A stretch of 63,915 nucleotides of DNA, counting the filler, from Rhabdomonas costata (Eukaryota), in the NCBI GenBank assembly GCA_019059605.1. It is 37 parts of 37 records of this genome, joined end to end, with 100 filler letters (N's around TTAATTAATTAA, not from the genome) between each part and the next. Parts side by side here need not be neighbours in the genome. Positions count along the whole stretch, not along the records: positions 1 to 1,630 come from JAHMHO010011667.1; positions 1,731 to 3,360 come from JAHMHO010011668.1; positions 3,461 to 5,090 come from JAHMHO010011669.1; positions 5,191 to 6,820 come from JAHMHO010011670.1; positions 6,921 to 8,557 come from JAHMHO010011671.1; positions 8,658 to 10,298 come from JAHMHO010011672.1; positions 10,399 to 12,028 come from JAHMHO010011673.1; positions 12,129 to 13,758 come from JAHMHO010011674.1; 29 more parts are not named here. One strand, written 5' to 3'. Position 1 is the stretch's first letter. Every line of letters begins with the position of its first letter. Below the pieces are notes generated by a model. That model was not told where the DNA came from. It ran no database searches and was given only the letters and a program-made list of their open reading frames with translations. Of this stretch, positions 1 through 13,758 are shown in pieces. A program made the translations under genes and the position numbers.

Positions 1-375
1 TGTGTTGGGTCTCACAACTTTATTGTCAGCTCTTGAGGTCCGTTTGAAACCGCCTCGAAAGCCGTTTAGAGCCGTTTAGACAAAAGATACTCCTAAGATG
101 GAAGTTGCTGTATCTTCGTTTGCAATGGTTGTGGTTCTGGGCCTTTTTCTCCCTTGCAAAAGAAATTCGGCGTGTTCCCTCGTTTTCGGGACTTTGCCGA
201 TGTTTTCCGCATCTCAGAGACCCGGGTTACTACTAGGTTCTTGTGCAGTTATGCGTCCTCGCCCCTGCCGTCGGTGATTACAACATCCATCTAGTAGATG
301 GTGAACAATTTGCAAAAATGCGGAACCGTCTGTCGTCTCATCAGCCTTATCAACGCGATACTCCTTCCAACGCAG

Positions 376-1277
376 GTATCTTAATCTGAAGTCCTGGCTG
401 ACCCGGAACTACATTGCGGACTGGTGGCTGAAGCTTGTCTACCTCCGCTCGCGAGGCTCGTTGCTGCTGGAGTCCAACTACTACGGCCACAGCACGGCCA
501 ATGTGCCCTCTCCAGTATGCTGCTTAGTTTCCAGTTTACGATTGATTTCCCTACCTTCCTCGTGGCTCAGCCCTGCACTTCGGGGACAAGGTTTTTCGAG
601 GTTTTTCGAGGACGGACCGCTGACTGCATACTGGTCTGGTCTCTGACCTCCTGAATCTTGCGCTGTCATGTTGCTCCCCATGTGAATGAATGTGTAAGTG
701 ACTCGTTACCCCTAAAAATGCACACTCGCTGCAAAAGAATATACACCCGCAACCTGGCTGGAACACACTTGTCGGTTGTCGCATTCCATGGACTCTCCGT
801 TCGACTTGACGCCCTCAAGACGCAGTTACCATCCCAAACCGTCCTTCCCTTTCATCTCCTTCCTCAACCTGTGTGCAGGTTCAAGTTGCGCGGGCGGCAG
901 CGCTGATCCACTACTACTGCCAGCTGAAGACCCGGATTGACGACGAGACCTTGGAGCCGCTAACCCTCAACGGAGTCCCGGTGTGTGTGCCCCTTCTTCC
1001 ACCTCTTTTCCGTTTCCCCTCCTCCAATTTTGTGCAAACTTGTTTCCTTTTGGGGATCGCGGATAAAAATACATGAAAATCCATGCCTAATGCAGAGTAC
1101 TGGTGCGAACCCAGCATGTGTTGTGGTGCGGTTTTGAGTTCACGGTGTTCCGTTCTTTTCTTTTTTGAGATTGGGGCCCCTCTCCCTACCCCCCATTTTC
1201 AGGTTTGCATGAATCAGTACCGTCACGTCTTCTCGTGCACTCGAGTACCTGGAATGGAAAGAGACGACCTGGTCCAG
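376..1277 (+). CDS. Carnitine O-palmitoyltransferase 1-like (choline/carnitine acyltransferase), internal exons 376-514, 879-980, 1203-1277
   Basis: GT-AG splicing keeps frame: [105 protein letters not shown]. Matches CPT1 motifs (KSWW..NY.SDWW...YLR.R....NSNYY; P.C..Q...F...R.PG). Confidence 0.9.
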
Positions 1278-1630
1278 GTTCGTGAGCCCTTCTGGCCGCA
1301 TCGATCAAACATACACGGATTGGTAGAGCATGAGAGTGGGTTCTTGGTGTGGTTCATCAACTGCCCACTTGACCACCCTTCGAGAAAAAGACGAAGGAAC
1401 GAGTGAGCATTCCATGGCATATGACACTGTGGGGTGAGGCTTTTTCCCATTCTTGTGAATAAGAAGCCCAGCAAATAGAGGGAATGCTACGAAACAAGGG
1501 ACCAGAAATGAGCTGTACGGCTGCGGGATTCATTTGAAGGACACATGCCGCTGCTTAGCAACAAAGCGTTACATCATGCAGGACGCTAGACGTCAGAAAC
1601 GGGAGTGTGCAATAGATAGAAGAATCGTGT

Positions 1631-1730
1631 NNNNNNNNNNNNNNNNNNNNNNNNNNNNNNNNNNNNNNNNNNNNTTAATTAATTAANNNNNNNNNNNNNN
1701 NNNNNNNNNNNNNNNNNNNNNNNNNNNNNN
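1631..1730. other. Artificial contig-joining spacer (first of 36 equivalent spacers)
   Basis: 44 N + TTAATTAATTAA (stops in all six frames) + 44 N, recurring about every 1.73 kb. It separates 37 contigs of about 1.63 kb (1-1630, 1731-3360, 3461-5090 ... 62287-63915). Confidence 0.99.
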
Positions 1731-4293
1731 GTTTTTGGTGAAGACGGGGACGTCTTCAGCAGAAACAAAACCTGTACATGACAAATAGTGTAGTAATCTG
1801 CGGCCGGTTTCTGTCCCCGGTTCACACACAAGAATGCCCATTCCCCCCTTTGCCCATTCTTTGTGATGTGAACCTTTCCTCTCGAGGCTTGCACACCTGT
1901 CCAAGGCTGAACACCGGGGAGAAGGTCGTCCGGCGCTCCTCCAGGGAGCGAGGCGCTGGGAAAAACACGCCGGAGGTAGCCCGAACCCTTGCTGCCCTTG
2001 ACAATGCGGTGGCAGTGGCTGGAGTGGCAGAAGGCTGGGCAGAAGGCGAGGGCATCGCGAGCCGGGACTGCAGCGCCAGGGGGCGCAGGGGGTTGCTTGA
2101 CGGGGAGATCACTGGGGGGTACATCTCTGCTAGAGGGGAGTCTGCAGGGGTTGCGGCAGAAGCTGCCAGGCCGTCGGTGGGGAGCAGCAGGGCACCAACA
2201 GAGGGGCCGGAGCGGGGCGAGACGCACTCAGGGTGCACGGTGGACCCCTCGGAGCGGGTAAAGAACAACTCCCCCCCGTCGTCCTTGCCGGGCTGCGGGG
2301 TGCGAGGACACGTGGGGTGAGCACCAAATGAACGCCATACAGGTGATGGCGGAGCTGGTGGCCTTTGGTGTAGTGGTCGGTCATTCGCGGTCTGTGCTTG
2401 TGCGCACAGAACCTGTTGACTGCTGAACACTGGTTTCACTCGTTGATGGCTCAGTGCGCGGACCAGTGTCTGCATGTGCGTGCATGTTGCGCGTATAGCT
2501 GCTGGGTTTTGGTAACCACCATTGACTGATGGGTGTGTGTGTGTGTGTGGTCACTGGTGGCCGCAGGTGCTCGCGGGAGGCGCTTCAAAGAGTACGATGC
2601 AGCGGGGTACCGGATCCTGCCTGGGTGGGTCACACATGTGTGTTGCTCGCTCGAGAACAACGTGAGACCCGTGGATTGGGAGGGACACCATCATAATTCT
2701 ACCTGTTTTAGGCAGTCAATAACAGGTAGTCGCCAGCAAATTTTGGAGCCACACAACTATTCCGGGTCACCTACATTTTGCCCGCGCTGAGAAACCTGAG
2801 AAACCTACCTATCGCATAAGCTGTACACATCATACAGTCAACGAACGAACAAACGACAGTTCAATTCTTAGATCAACCGTGAGTGAGCGAGTCCAATGTG
2901 AGTGTGTACGTGTCTGTGGCAAAGTCCAACGAGAGTTGCCTGGCAGGTTAGCTGCACCAGCACGGCATCCGGTACGCGCTTCTTGACGTAAGTCAGGATG
3001 TTCAGGATGCGGATGAAGGCTTGCTGGATTCGGTTAGGCGAGGGCAGTTGGCGAAGGTACTCCAGCTCCTCGAACTGCAGCACCGCAATGGCCTCGGCAC
3101 ACTTCACGGCAATAGCCTTGGGAGGGGAGAAGGTGTGCAAACGAGCGTTCTCATTTTTAAGTGGACAATCGTTTCGGCGGAAATTTTCATAGGAAGTCGG
3201 GTGCGAAGTGAGCACGTCGAGAGGAAACCGCAGAGGTCCACACTTGTTGAATTTAGGACGGAGAAAGAAAGGGGGGGAATCAACAAAAGAAAAACGGAAC
3301 CGTTATAACTTGGCAACATTCACCCGCGATCGCCTCCTGAAATCAGTCACACACCCCCACNNNNNNNNNNNNNNNNNNNNNNNNNNNNNNNNNNNNNNNN
3401 NNNNTTAATTAATTAANNNNNNNNNNNNNNNNNNNNNNNNNNNNNNNNNNNNNNNNNNNNGGTTTTTGGGCTCTCCCAACCCCGGTTAGTGCAGAGGCTG
3501 AGGGAGTAGCTGACAGCTTCCTAACCCGGGTTGGGAGAGCCCAAGAAGCCCAGTCACCCCGGTGTCCAAGGGAGTCACCCGACCCGAGGTGAGGGCGCCA
3601 TCAGGGAGCCGGATGGTGCCTGGGAAATGGGGCGGGGGTTGTTGCTGGGCCTGAGCCGCGAGGAACTCCTGTGGCCAGGGGCAAGGCCGAGCACGGAATT
3701 GGGCACACTGAAGCCCAACAAAATATGTGGAAGCGATAAAGAGCAGCAGATAAGGCAAGGAAGGCAACGAAGTTGGCCTGAGCAGAAGAAGATCAAAGAG
3801 GTACTACAGAAGTAGAGTGATCAAACGCACAGGGTTCGTTCATTCTAGAATCGCGGCTTCATTGAGGTTTCTGTGCAACTCTGCAGAGGAGAGGTATTGT
3901 TTGGGTTTGTTAAGCGGGGCAGAAAACACCTGGTGGGATTGATGGACGTAGGTATTGACTTTGAGCCCGAGCTCCACCACCGTGGCGACTTCGTGGCTGA
4001 CAGCGCAGCTTGTCGGGGACTTTGCGGGATTCCAGCAGCCACCGGCGCTGCAGAGCATGTACTTCCTGATGCCCTCCCTCCCTGAAGGTGGTGCTCGGGT
4101 GCTCGCGGGCGTCGCTGAGTGGCTGTTGATGGACAAGTCTCTCTTCACACTTACCGGTAACCTTCCTTCGATTCTCCCCTGCTCCCTGCATGGAACTCAC
4201 TGCCAATGGCCCGATGGGTATCTTCTATTATTTAGCGTCTTCTAGCGCCCATCTAGCGCCATCTGCAAAATTTGGGCGGCAATTCGGCAGGCA

Positions 4294-4341
4294 AAGTATG
4301 CGATTTTCCGAAGTATGCGATTTTCCGAAGTATGCGATTTT
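4294..4341. repeat. 17-bp tandem repeat AAGTATGCGATTTTCCG, about 2.8 copies
   Basis: Directly visible head-to-tail copies with no spacers. Confidence 0.85.
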
Positions 4342-6716
4342 TTCTTCCCTGACGAACAATATCTTTCCTTCATGAAATAAGCCCCTTCAGCCTCCTCTGA
4401 ATGCTGCTTTCGCCATCTCCTTAAGGCGCTCCTGTCACAGGCGGTGCTGCAGGTGGACTATTGAGGTATCGGCGTCTGGGATGAATTTTTTGTTTATTTT
4501 CACACTGGCCAGGGACGGAGTGCGGCAAAATCGGCGTGGGGTTCAGCGCCTTTTATCTGCAACCTAACCGCTGCCTTGCGCAAGTGGGCTCTTGCCTGAA
4601 CGGCCAGATCGACAGCTATCGAGCGGTACTCGGCGTTTGGTTCCGTCTGACATGCTTGTGTTTGCTCACCCCTTTTGCGCGCAGAATCGAAGAGCTTTGC
4701 TGCATTTTGCATGATACTGGTCATGCCATTCTCCTTCTGTGCCATATTAACAGCCAGCTCAACTACTCAATGTTTGCCGTCTTTCATTCCTCACTGTATC
4801 AAAGAGCGGTGTCCTTGGGTGTTCTTGACCTATACTTGTTTTTTAGAGGAAACCTCCGTGATCATTTATTCGATAAAGTTTCTGCCCTGCCTGCCTGCCT
4901 GCCTGCCTGCTCGCGTGTCGCATTTCGTCGCTTAGTGACGCTCTCTTTACTTCCTCCGACTTTTTCGAAGGTTGACCTGGCCCTGCTCTCGAAGGGTAAG
5001 GCCACGACCTACCTTATCCAGGGCTCCACACTTTCCAACCTTTTCGGGTGCGTGATGAACTCCACCCTAACCCCCACCACAGCTTCCCCCNNNNNNNNNN
5101 NNNNNNNNNNNNNNNNNNNNNNNNNNNNNNNNNNTTAATTAATTAANNNNNNNNNNNNNNNNNNNNNNNNNNNNNNNNNNNNNNNNNNNNGTGGGGTTGT
5201 GGCACCCCGCCCACTCCGCGTAAGAGCGGGATGAGCGGGAAAAGGAGGAAGGAGGGAGGGAAAAGACCCACATTCGGTGGGCGTCCGGGACAGATAGCAA
5301 GGGGGAAGGATGAAGATAATGAGGGACTGGGGGGTTTACGGGGGAAGTGCTTGGATGGTTTATTGAGGATATGGTATGTTGTTTGGATGGAAGGGAAGGG
5401 TGCATTGGAGGGTGCGCCAATTTCTTCATGAATTCCCCGCCGTCGTGTAATCTGAGCAATCCAGTATTCCGTGGGTCATTTTCCTACGACTAAGCGCCCA
5501 GGCGTTTCTCTGTCTCTCTCTTTGTGATGTAGGAAGGGCTTGGGAAGGAACCCTGTTCAGGGTGATGCGTTGCAGAAACTGTATTGGTGCCTTTCTGTGG
5601 TGCCCGTCATCATTCGCGCAGGTTTGCATATGCTACACAAGAGGATGGAGGCTGCTGCGGGTTTTTTGACCGAGCCTCCGTCGCCATCTGGAGCCGACTC
5701 TGGAACCTGCTTTCGGACCGCATTTTTTGCGGGGGGGGGGGTACGCGTGACGTGCAGAATGCGGCCGTCATCTTCCGTCTGAGCACTTTGTGGTCACTGA
5801 AAAGGATTTTTTGCAGTCCTCACGCGCACGATCTGGGTTGTGCTGTACGGTATGTGCCTTACGTTGTATACTTTTGTGGGGTTTGTTCTGTGCTGCACCC
5901 GCTGCCTCATGAACCCCCACCCATTCCCGATCTCACCCGCAGCCCTTTTGCTTCGACGGCTGTGGTTGCTGAGCATATTTGTACACTATACCCTTCCCAC
6001 CTCCCTCCCTCCGCTTGCCCCCACTGACAGTTCTACTACCCGCCTTCCCGTGTGCCTCATAGACAAGTTTCACCCCCGCTCCTCTTTGGGGTGCGCGGCT
6101 GAGAATGGACTTGCGGGGCAGTGATGGGGAGCCGTGGGAGAGCTCGCATCCCATGCAATTTGTGAGGGAATGTGCTGAATCTTTTGTGAATGGGAGGGGG
6201 GGTTCCTGCCTCTGTTGCTGCAATGGTTGTATTCTGTTTGTGTTGGGCGCATAGCGTGTGTGTGTGTGTGTGTGTCTATTTCCGTCTATTTTCAACTTCA
6301 GTTTTCTCTTTTCGGTGAAACCGTTCCCTCGAAAGCCGATACTGCGTTGTTTCCTTTGTGGAGCTGCTTCTGTTAACGGTTGATTTGTTTCCTTGAGCCT
6401 TGCGATTGGCAAATGGGTAGGCGGTGGATGATGGAACCCGGACTATTGTCTGCTGGGTTGTTTGGTGCACCAACTAGAAGATTGCCCTCAGCGATTTACA
6501 TTCGCACCCCCCCCCATTCATGTCATTCCGAGGACCCGAATTGTTTTCGGCTGTTCATGGTTTTCGATCATAAAAAGATCTGAATCTTTTTGGAATCCCG
6601 GACCCCACCCCCCACCCCTTCTCCAACCACGGAGTCGTGAAGAGATTTATTTGCACTTTTCCCCACTCTGTGTGACGCAGGATCCGTTCCTTCTCTTTCT
6701 TTTGTGTTTCCCTGTC

Positions 6717-6820
6717 GTTGTTTTCCTTTCATCACCTTCGGCAATTCCGAGAGCCCCAAGCCAGGCATGCCGCTAAGCCTGAACCGGAAATTGCCGAAGG
6801 TGATGAAAGGAAACCAACAA
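6717..6820. repeat. Contig-terminal inverted repeat (about 30-bp arms)
   Basis: TTTCCTTTCATCACCTTCGGCAATT (about 6722-6746) pairs with AATTGCCGAAGGTGATGAAAGGAAA (about 6789-6813), immediately before the contig end. Confidence 0.85.
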
Positions 6821-7334
6821 NNNNNNNNNNNNNNNNNNNNNNNNNNNNNNNNNNNNNNNNNNNNTTAATTAATTAANNNNNNNNNNNNNNNNNNNNNNNN
6901 NNNNNNNNNNNNNNNNNNNNAGAAACAAGTCACCCTTGCCAAGTGCACAAAGTGTATGTGTGTATGTGTGTGTGCGTACAGTGTGTATTTCTAACAATGA
7001 TTGGATGAAAGAATACGTAGGCATACGTACGTGCCGAGGATTAGGCGATCAGGAGGCCTTATATAAATAATTAAATCCCTTTCACTGTTGTGTTTGTCCT
7101 AAATTTCTCCTGTTTTCGGATTTTCGAACGTACAAAAATAACGTTATGCAATTAAGCAAAATGTTGTTCTTTTAGGTGTAAACGCGCGGTGATTCCATTG
7201 TGTGAAAATTGTGTTGGGTCGCTCTGGACAATGTCAAAGTTATACTCTTATTTTACTTTTGTACTGCACCGGGTGGGCCATGAGTTTTGGACACATTTAT
7301 TCGGCATTACTTTAGAATTGTACCCACGGCCAGG

Positions 7335-7390
7335 AACCCTAACCCTAACCGTATCCCTAACCCTAACCCTAACCCTAACCCTAACCCTTA
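7335..7390. repeat. Interstitial telomere-like (CCCTAA)n tract, about 9 degenerate units
   Basis: AACCCTAACCCTAACCGTATCCCTAACCCTAACCCT... internal to the contig. Confidence 0.9.
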
Positions 7391-7787
7391 CCCCCAAAGG
7401 TAACGTCAAAGAAGCCAGTAAACACATGTCACTGAAAGTAGCCGTCTCGGATGTGCTCACATTTCCAAAAGATCATAAAGCGTAAGCATCTCAAAAAAGA
7501 ACCTGAAGACAGAGGTGGGTGCAATTCTAAAGTAACGCCATTTATTCTTTTACTGGAAGTAGCAACATTGAACAGCTTGCGTGGTTATTGTTAGTGGCGT
7601 GATTTGGAATAGTTTGGAGTTTTAGCCCATGTACTCTCTCTGAGACTCCCTCTGGAGTTATCAAAGCTTTATTTTTAACTGCACATGCTACCACAGTGGA
7701 AAAACTATATCTCCGTCATTCTTGGCCCGTCCGTCCGTACGGGGATTTTGGATGGATACCTGCTGTTACTCCTCTGATACATACGCA

Positions 7788-7788
<1 letters not shown>

Positions 7789-7826
<38 letters not shown>
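7789..7826. repeat. (CA)n microsatellite
   Basis: Perfect CA run. Similar GT/CA runs occur at about 2533-2549, 6256-6275 and 10144-10193. Confidence 0.95.
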
Positions 7827-7828
<2 letters not shown>

Positions 7829-10103
7829 TCCGAAGCAAAGGAAGCTGCCCGAGTGGAGGTTGCCCAGCGAGACCACCGCAGCCGGGAAAAGCCTACCCCC
7901 CCAAAAAAGCAGCCCACTCCTAAGGATGGCGAAAAGGTGAGGAAAAGGGCGGCCTCCCCTGCCTCCAGTTCGGGTTCTGGTAGCTCCTCCGGCTCCGAGG
8001 AGGAGTCCGAGGAAGAGGAGGGCTCGGATTCCTCCAAACACGACGGCGAAGGAGACGGAAAAGTTTCCGAAAGGTTCTGCGTTCGTTCACAGGAGACAGA
8101 GATGTGGAGTGGTGGGGTTAGGGGGTTGCTGCTGCCTCTTCGGCTCTTTCCGGCAGCCCGTGCATCTGTATTCATCGCATGGTGGTGAGTGGATGACAAT
8201 TCCCATTTTAATGGTGAGACTTTTGAATTTCTTCTCTTTGATGAGCCGACCTTCGTGGGGGTTGCCCTTGCGTTGCTTCCTGCCCACGCTACGTCATGCG
8301 CTTGCAATGCCAAGAGCAGGCTTTAATGCTCCAGTACCTATTTGAGGATGAAGATCTCAAACACCGTGTTGTGCCCCTTTTTTCTCGCTTTTATCGCACT
8401 CACTTACCGGTAGAAGCTCGGTAGATCGGTACACGCTCTACCTCCCTCTGGGTTTTGCGCCAGCTCTTTCGCCTCCGCGCTTCTCCATTGCAACCTAATT
8501 ACAACGCAGAACCAACAAAGCACAAACAAAGGAAATCAAAGACCAAACACTTTGATCNNNNNNNNNNNNNNNNNNNNNNNNNNNNNNNNNNNNNNNNNNN
8601 NTTAATTAATTAANNNNNNNNNNNNNNNNNNNNNNNNNNNNNNNNNNNNNNNNNNNNCAAGGGATCAGTATCATGCAAAAGCCGGACGGGTTTTTTTTTC
8701 ATCCTCGCAACGACAACACACGCTGCACCGATTTCGGATTTGGGGAACAGTGGGCTGAAAGAAGAATGGCAGAAAGCGAGGACCAGATCTCCACCAGTAC
8801 CAGTTGAACATTCACAGCATACTTCTTTTTTACGCTTCCACACCTTCATTTTTGTGTTTGAAAAAAAAGTATCGGAGAGTTTCGTTGTGAACCGCACAAA
8901 CGCCAAAAATGTCATAGAAAGCCACTGCATCCTCTCTCTCACGTTGATGATTTGTTCACGTTTTCTTCTTGCGTTTTACGATTTTTGCGATATTCTTTTG
9001 CGAACGCAAAAAGAAAATACTGTCAATCCTTCCTTCCTTCCTTCCAGCGCGCACCTGCGGATGACCAGCCACACGTGCAGATTCCAAAGGAAGACTTGGT
9101 TCACGAAAACGCGGTCGCTGAGACCAAAATCTGCAGCAAACCAGTGAAACATGAGCATGGCGATTCAACAGCTCCCCGAAGGCAGAGGAGGAGCGGGTGT
9201 TGTGCCTTCCTGTCATCCAACTTCCGTTCGATGACACGAGCACACATGATCTGTGTTTCGAACATGTTGGTTTTCAATTTGCCAGCGCAACGCAAGGCAA
9301 GAAGCAACAAAAAACTCCAATTCATGCCAGAACACTCGCCTTTTTAAGGGGTTGCCGGATCGGACTGACCCCAATTTGTCTCGTACAAAATGGTGAACCC
9401 TTCATTGGGGTGGCGTCTTCCTCGGGTCACTTTTTTCTTTTGTCCCCCGAGCACCATTGCCGAGCACGCCCATAAAATTACAGCAAGAAGTGGAGAAGCA
9501 CAGGGAAGGGAAGTAGCCCGTAGGGCGCGAGCCTCCCACCACCTGCTTCAGAGAAAGAAAGGGGAACCCCTCGAAGACGGTCAGACACCAATCACTAGTG
9601 GCACCCCGCTCCAGAAAAAAATGCCCAACAGAGTTGCCTTTACAGAAGGATTCAAGGAAACAAAATCTCTCGGCATGTGTGGAGCCCATCTTTTTTTTTT
9701 CGTTGCGGGAGGGAGGGAGATGAGATCTTGAGACATACTGCTGGTCAGTTCCTCGTCATGGAGTTTCAAGTGGTTCACGATGTTGCGGGTTAAGTTGCTG
9801 GCGTGCATCAAGGCGATCTTTGACGAGGGAATAAACACGATTCCCCCGTTCAGCGGAGGCTGCAGCACAACACAGGAGCAAGTCATGCTCGAGCCACTCC
9901 CCCACAACCACCACAACCACCACAACTATCCAAATTAAGAGCAGCACTGGACCGGTTCACCGGTTCGAACTTTTTTGGAGATGTTTTGGAGAACCCGAAG
10001 TCGGCAAACAAACTCGTCCGCCGCATTGAGGGACTGATCCTGAGCATGTCCTGTTGACAGGGCAGTCGAACTCCCCATTTTATACTCATGAGCCAAATCG
10101 CCG

Positions 10104-10142
10104 CAGCAGAGGCAGCAGCAGCAGCAGCAGCTCAAACCCCTC

Positions 10143-10193
<51 letters not shown>
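10104..10193. repeat. (CAG)n followed by (CA)n microsatellites
   Basis: GCAGCAG... run, then about 25 CA units. Confidence 0.9.
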
Positions 10194-10195
<2 letters not shown>

Positions 10196-12149
10196 TGCAC
10201 TTGGCCAAGACAATTTTTTGTGGGTTCTTTTTCGGTTAATTTTGTTAAATGGCCCTCCTTTTATAGCAACGCCATTAAATTTTTATAGCATCGCTGTANN
10301 NNNNNNNNNNNNNNNNNNNNNNNNNNNNNNNNNNNNNNNNNNTTAATTAATTAANNNNNNNNNNNNNNNNNNNNNNNNNNNNNNNNNNNNNNNNNNNNTT
10401 GTTTTTGTTTGTGCTGACTCCCGCAATTGCAAGAATTCCACGAGAACTCATCTGTGATGTTGGGACAGTTCTGTGGGAGAATATTAATGCTGCGGGAAAT
10501 CGGGGGCCTCTCATAGCCGAATGTGGTGGGTGACCCCTCTAGCGTGTGCTGCTCTCTCTCTCTCTGTGGGTGGTGTGGGTGGGGTGCTTTTCACACGCAC
10601 ACGCAGGTTACAATACATAGCACAACCCACATGAACTTCTGAAAACATAAAAGGGTGAAGGCCGCTGTGGAGTCGCTCTCGGGGTGCAGTCGCAGCACCT
10701 TCGAAGCCGCCAGCACTGGAGGTGATGCACTGCTGTTTCTGTTTTGTACCACCGCACTACCGAAGGCTCTGGTCTGGCAGCAGGCAGCACTGCATAAACG
10801 TCACCTTCAAGGAAAAAATAAACTGCCAACTCCTTCAAGGCTGCACGTCAATGCCGTCCCCCTGTTTTGGCGTGTAAGTTTTGCAAGTTTTGCAAGTTTT
10901 GCAAGTTTTCGACAATCAATGCCTGTGGGCGGTGTTGGCTCAAGTCTTGGTCTTGTGCAGCTTTGAGGTCGAAAAAGACCGGTACCCAAGATTCATTTCA
11001 GGGTGCGACATCCGTCACCATCATCCAATCCGGCATGTCTTGCGTCATCCAGCAAAGTGGTCCACTATCCGTCATTCTCATTCCATTGAGTCCGACTGTA
11101 TTTCTCTGAGCTTAACGCAAGCCGGCCCGGGTTGTACCCTGAATGGCTGTTGCTAGTTTTCTAGCCTGGGTATGGCACCTGCGCCTTCGTCGCAGCCGTT
11201 GCCTTCGGGCCGCTCTTCTTTTTTTGGTGTCAATTTTCGTGTTGTGTTGCTTTTTTAAAGACATTGCCGCTGGCTTGGAGCAGGTTGAAGCCTCTCTTCG
11301 AGCCAATGCCGCCCACTTGTCCGACCTTGATGCGGAGATCACTCGAGGTCCGTTTTGCCTGGACCTTTTTCCTGGGCACTCGTCCCAAGCAACAGATTTG
11401 CCCAATTTAGTAATCCCCCTGTTATTGCTGCGACCCGCTTCAGCTGTGTTTAGTGTCAGTCAGCGAGGCGCAGTCATCAATTTTTGAAGCCGCAGAAAAA
11501 GAGATCAGAGGGCGAAGCCCAAGCAGTCCTGGGGTCCTGGGGTAGTATATACAGCCTCCCGGACGCTGGGTGGCCGGTCCTTGGAGTCAGAATTTTCCAA
11601 ACTTTGTGGTGCCCTTGGGCGGCTCCCTTGGGCGGGTGGTATCCCTTTTGTGCCGCTTCTAGCCCCACGCAGCGGAATTTTTATGACAGCACTCACAACG
11701 TACTTTACTAGGAACCCACGCCGAAAGGTGCTCCGCAACTGTCTCTTGGCCACCTGCAGCCCAAAAAATTCTTGCAAATGTGCATCTGTGAAGCACACAA
11801 AAAGCGGGCATCCTTGGAATATTCATACGATTCCATCTGTGCCATCTAAATCTATCTGAATATTTTTGGACCGCGTTTTTTCAGACACCCAGCCCAGAGT
11901 AGAGGAGGAGAGACCACCTAGAAGAATCCGGTAGCATGTCGAAGATGCTTCACAGCTTCACAGTATGGGATCTTGCCTGCCTCTCCCCCCACTTGGCTCA
12001 GGGGGCCACGGCACCTCCACCCACACAANNNNNNNNNNNNNNNNNNNNNNNNNNNNNNNNNNNNNNNNNNNNTTAATTAATTAANNNNNNNNNNNNNNNN
12101 NNNNNNNNNNNNNNNNNNNNNNNNNNNNGGGTGTGGGGACGGGGGAGGG

Positions 12150-13758
12150 GTGTGGGTGGCCTTCCCTGCGGAGTCCAGCCGGGCCCTGGAGTACGCCCAC
12201 GGCCGGAACTACGCCCGCGTGCACGTCGTGGCGGATGCGGGTGAGGGTTTACTGGTGGACCTCACGGGAATGCGCTGCCAGGCCCAAGGCGTCTGGCAGC
12301 CCGTCCGCCGGCAGCTGGTTCAGTGCCCTAGCGCCCCCTGCCCCCTCTCTACAAATGCAATAACGGTTTCCACCAAAAGCCGGACATTTACTGGCTCACT
12401 AGCGTTCACTTTTGACGAAGTCATTTGTGTTCGCAGGACAGGGCGGTTCAAAAATAACTTGAGGACAACCAAGCCTTCGGAATTCTTCCATTCAAAATCC
12501 CAGGTGGGTGGAAATCTAATCGAAAGAGGGCAGACCGGCGCTCTCAACTCAAGAAACTCAACACAGTGTCCAGTGTCCAACGTCCAGTTCAAAAGCGCAG
12601 CAGCACATATGGAGAAGTGGGGGTGGGGGTTGGAGAGTGAAAGCAAAGCCACACGGGGCCATGGCAACCAGCGAGGGGTTCGGGGCACCACCCCCACCCA
12701 CTATCCCTTGAGCACATCTGTTCAAAAATCAGTGGCTAAAAAGGAAAGGCGAAGATCAGCTGCGTCTCTTTTCGGTTCTTCTTCTGTCTTTTCTTCATGA
12801 AAGTTTTGATTTTGTGGTTGTGCTTGTGGGAGCGGGCTCGGCCTTGCTGTTGTGCATCCCCCAGGTGGAGCGCAGCGAGGGGGCTCGCCCCTACGCCGTG
12901 CGCATCCCCACGGCCGCGCAAATTAACGAACACACGCTCAGGCTGCGCAGCAAGCTGGCGATTTCAGGTGTGTGGGTGTGTTTACTTCCCCGTGGAAGGT
13001 GCGAGTGAAGTATGCCCCGTGAGTGAGGGAGAGACCTTTCTCAGCCATCATCTCAAGTTTCGCAACTGCTGGAATCCTAAAGCAACTTATCTCCGCAGCC
13101 AGTCACTTGCTGGCCCATCTTCACATGGAAAGACCTGTTCGGGGTGGCGCCAGAGTTGCCTGATCGAGACAAGTTGTTAGACGGTGAATGTGGAATGGGA
13201 GCGATTTGGCTCCTGAAAGCACTGGGCCAGCGTTTGCCCTTAACACCTAGCTCAGTGTGCGTGTCTACTGTTTTGCAGTATTTTCCGCATGTTCGAGTGT
13301 GTGCGTGTGTGGGGGGGGGGGTCGATGCCTTTGTGTCACGCATGGGCGTCGCCATGTGCAACCCTGCAACCCAACTTCCACCTGAGAGTTTGAAACAGTT
13401 TGCCCTTAGTTTCACCATTGCAGCCATGGTTGCCTCCCACATCTCACCCACATGCCCCCTGTCCTACTTCGCCCGCTTCGGCTGTTCGTCCCGCGAGGCT
13501 TGATTCACTGTGGAAGCTCCCGCTTTTGCTTTGATGTGCAGTCCTCCTTCGTCCTCCCCCTGGCCATGACTTCGTGCGGTGGGAGGTGTTTGGGCAACGG
13601 ACTTCTGCGAGGAGGAGCCGCACCCTCTGCTGTCTCTCTCTCCCTCGCAGCACGTGACCGTGGGGAGACTGTGGAGCAGATCTACGTTGCCAAGCAGGCC
13701 CGTGCCCGGAAGGCTGCGGATGCTGTGGCCATCGTGCTGGCGGACACCACCAACCCCC
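12150..13758 (+). CDS. Unidentified spliced gene fragment (exons about 12150-12240, 12864-12968, 13651-13758)
   Basis: GC-rich segments bounded by AG/GT that join in phase: ...ALEYAHGRNYARVHVVADA|VERSEGARPYAVRIPTAAQINEHTLRLRSKLAIS|ARDRGETVEQIYVAKQARARK. No family recognised. Confidence 0.5.

Noticed and set aside
1631-1730. Regularly spaced TTAATTAATTAA motif about every 1.73 kb, resembling a repeat array
   Set aside because: It is flanked by N runs and is an artificial six-frame-stop linker between length-sorted contigs.
3340-3480. Most contigs start G/T-rich and end C/A-rich
   Set aside because: The symmetric end bias is best explained by low-quality read tails or assembly breaks, not by biological termini such as nanochromosome telomeres. 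The ends share no fixed repeat.
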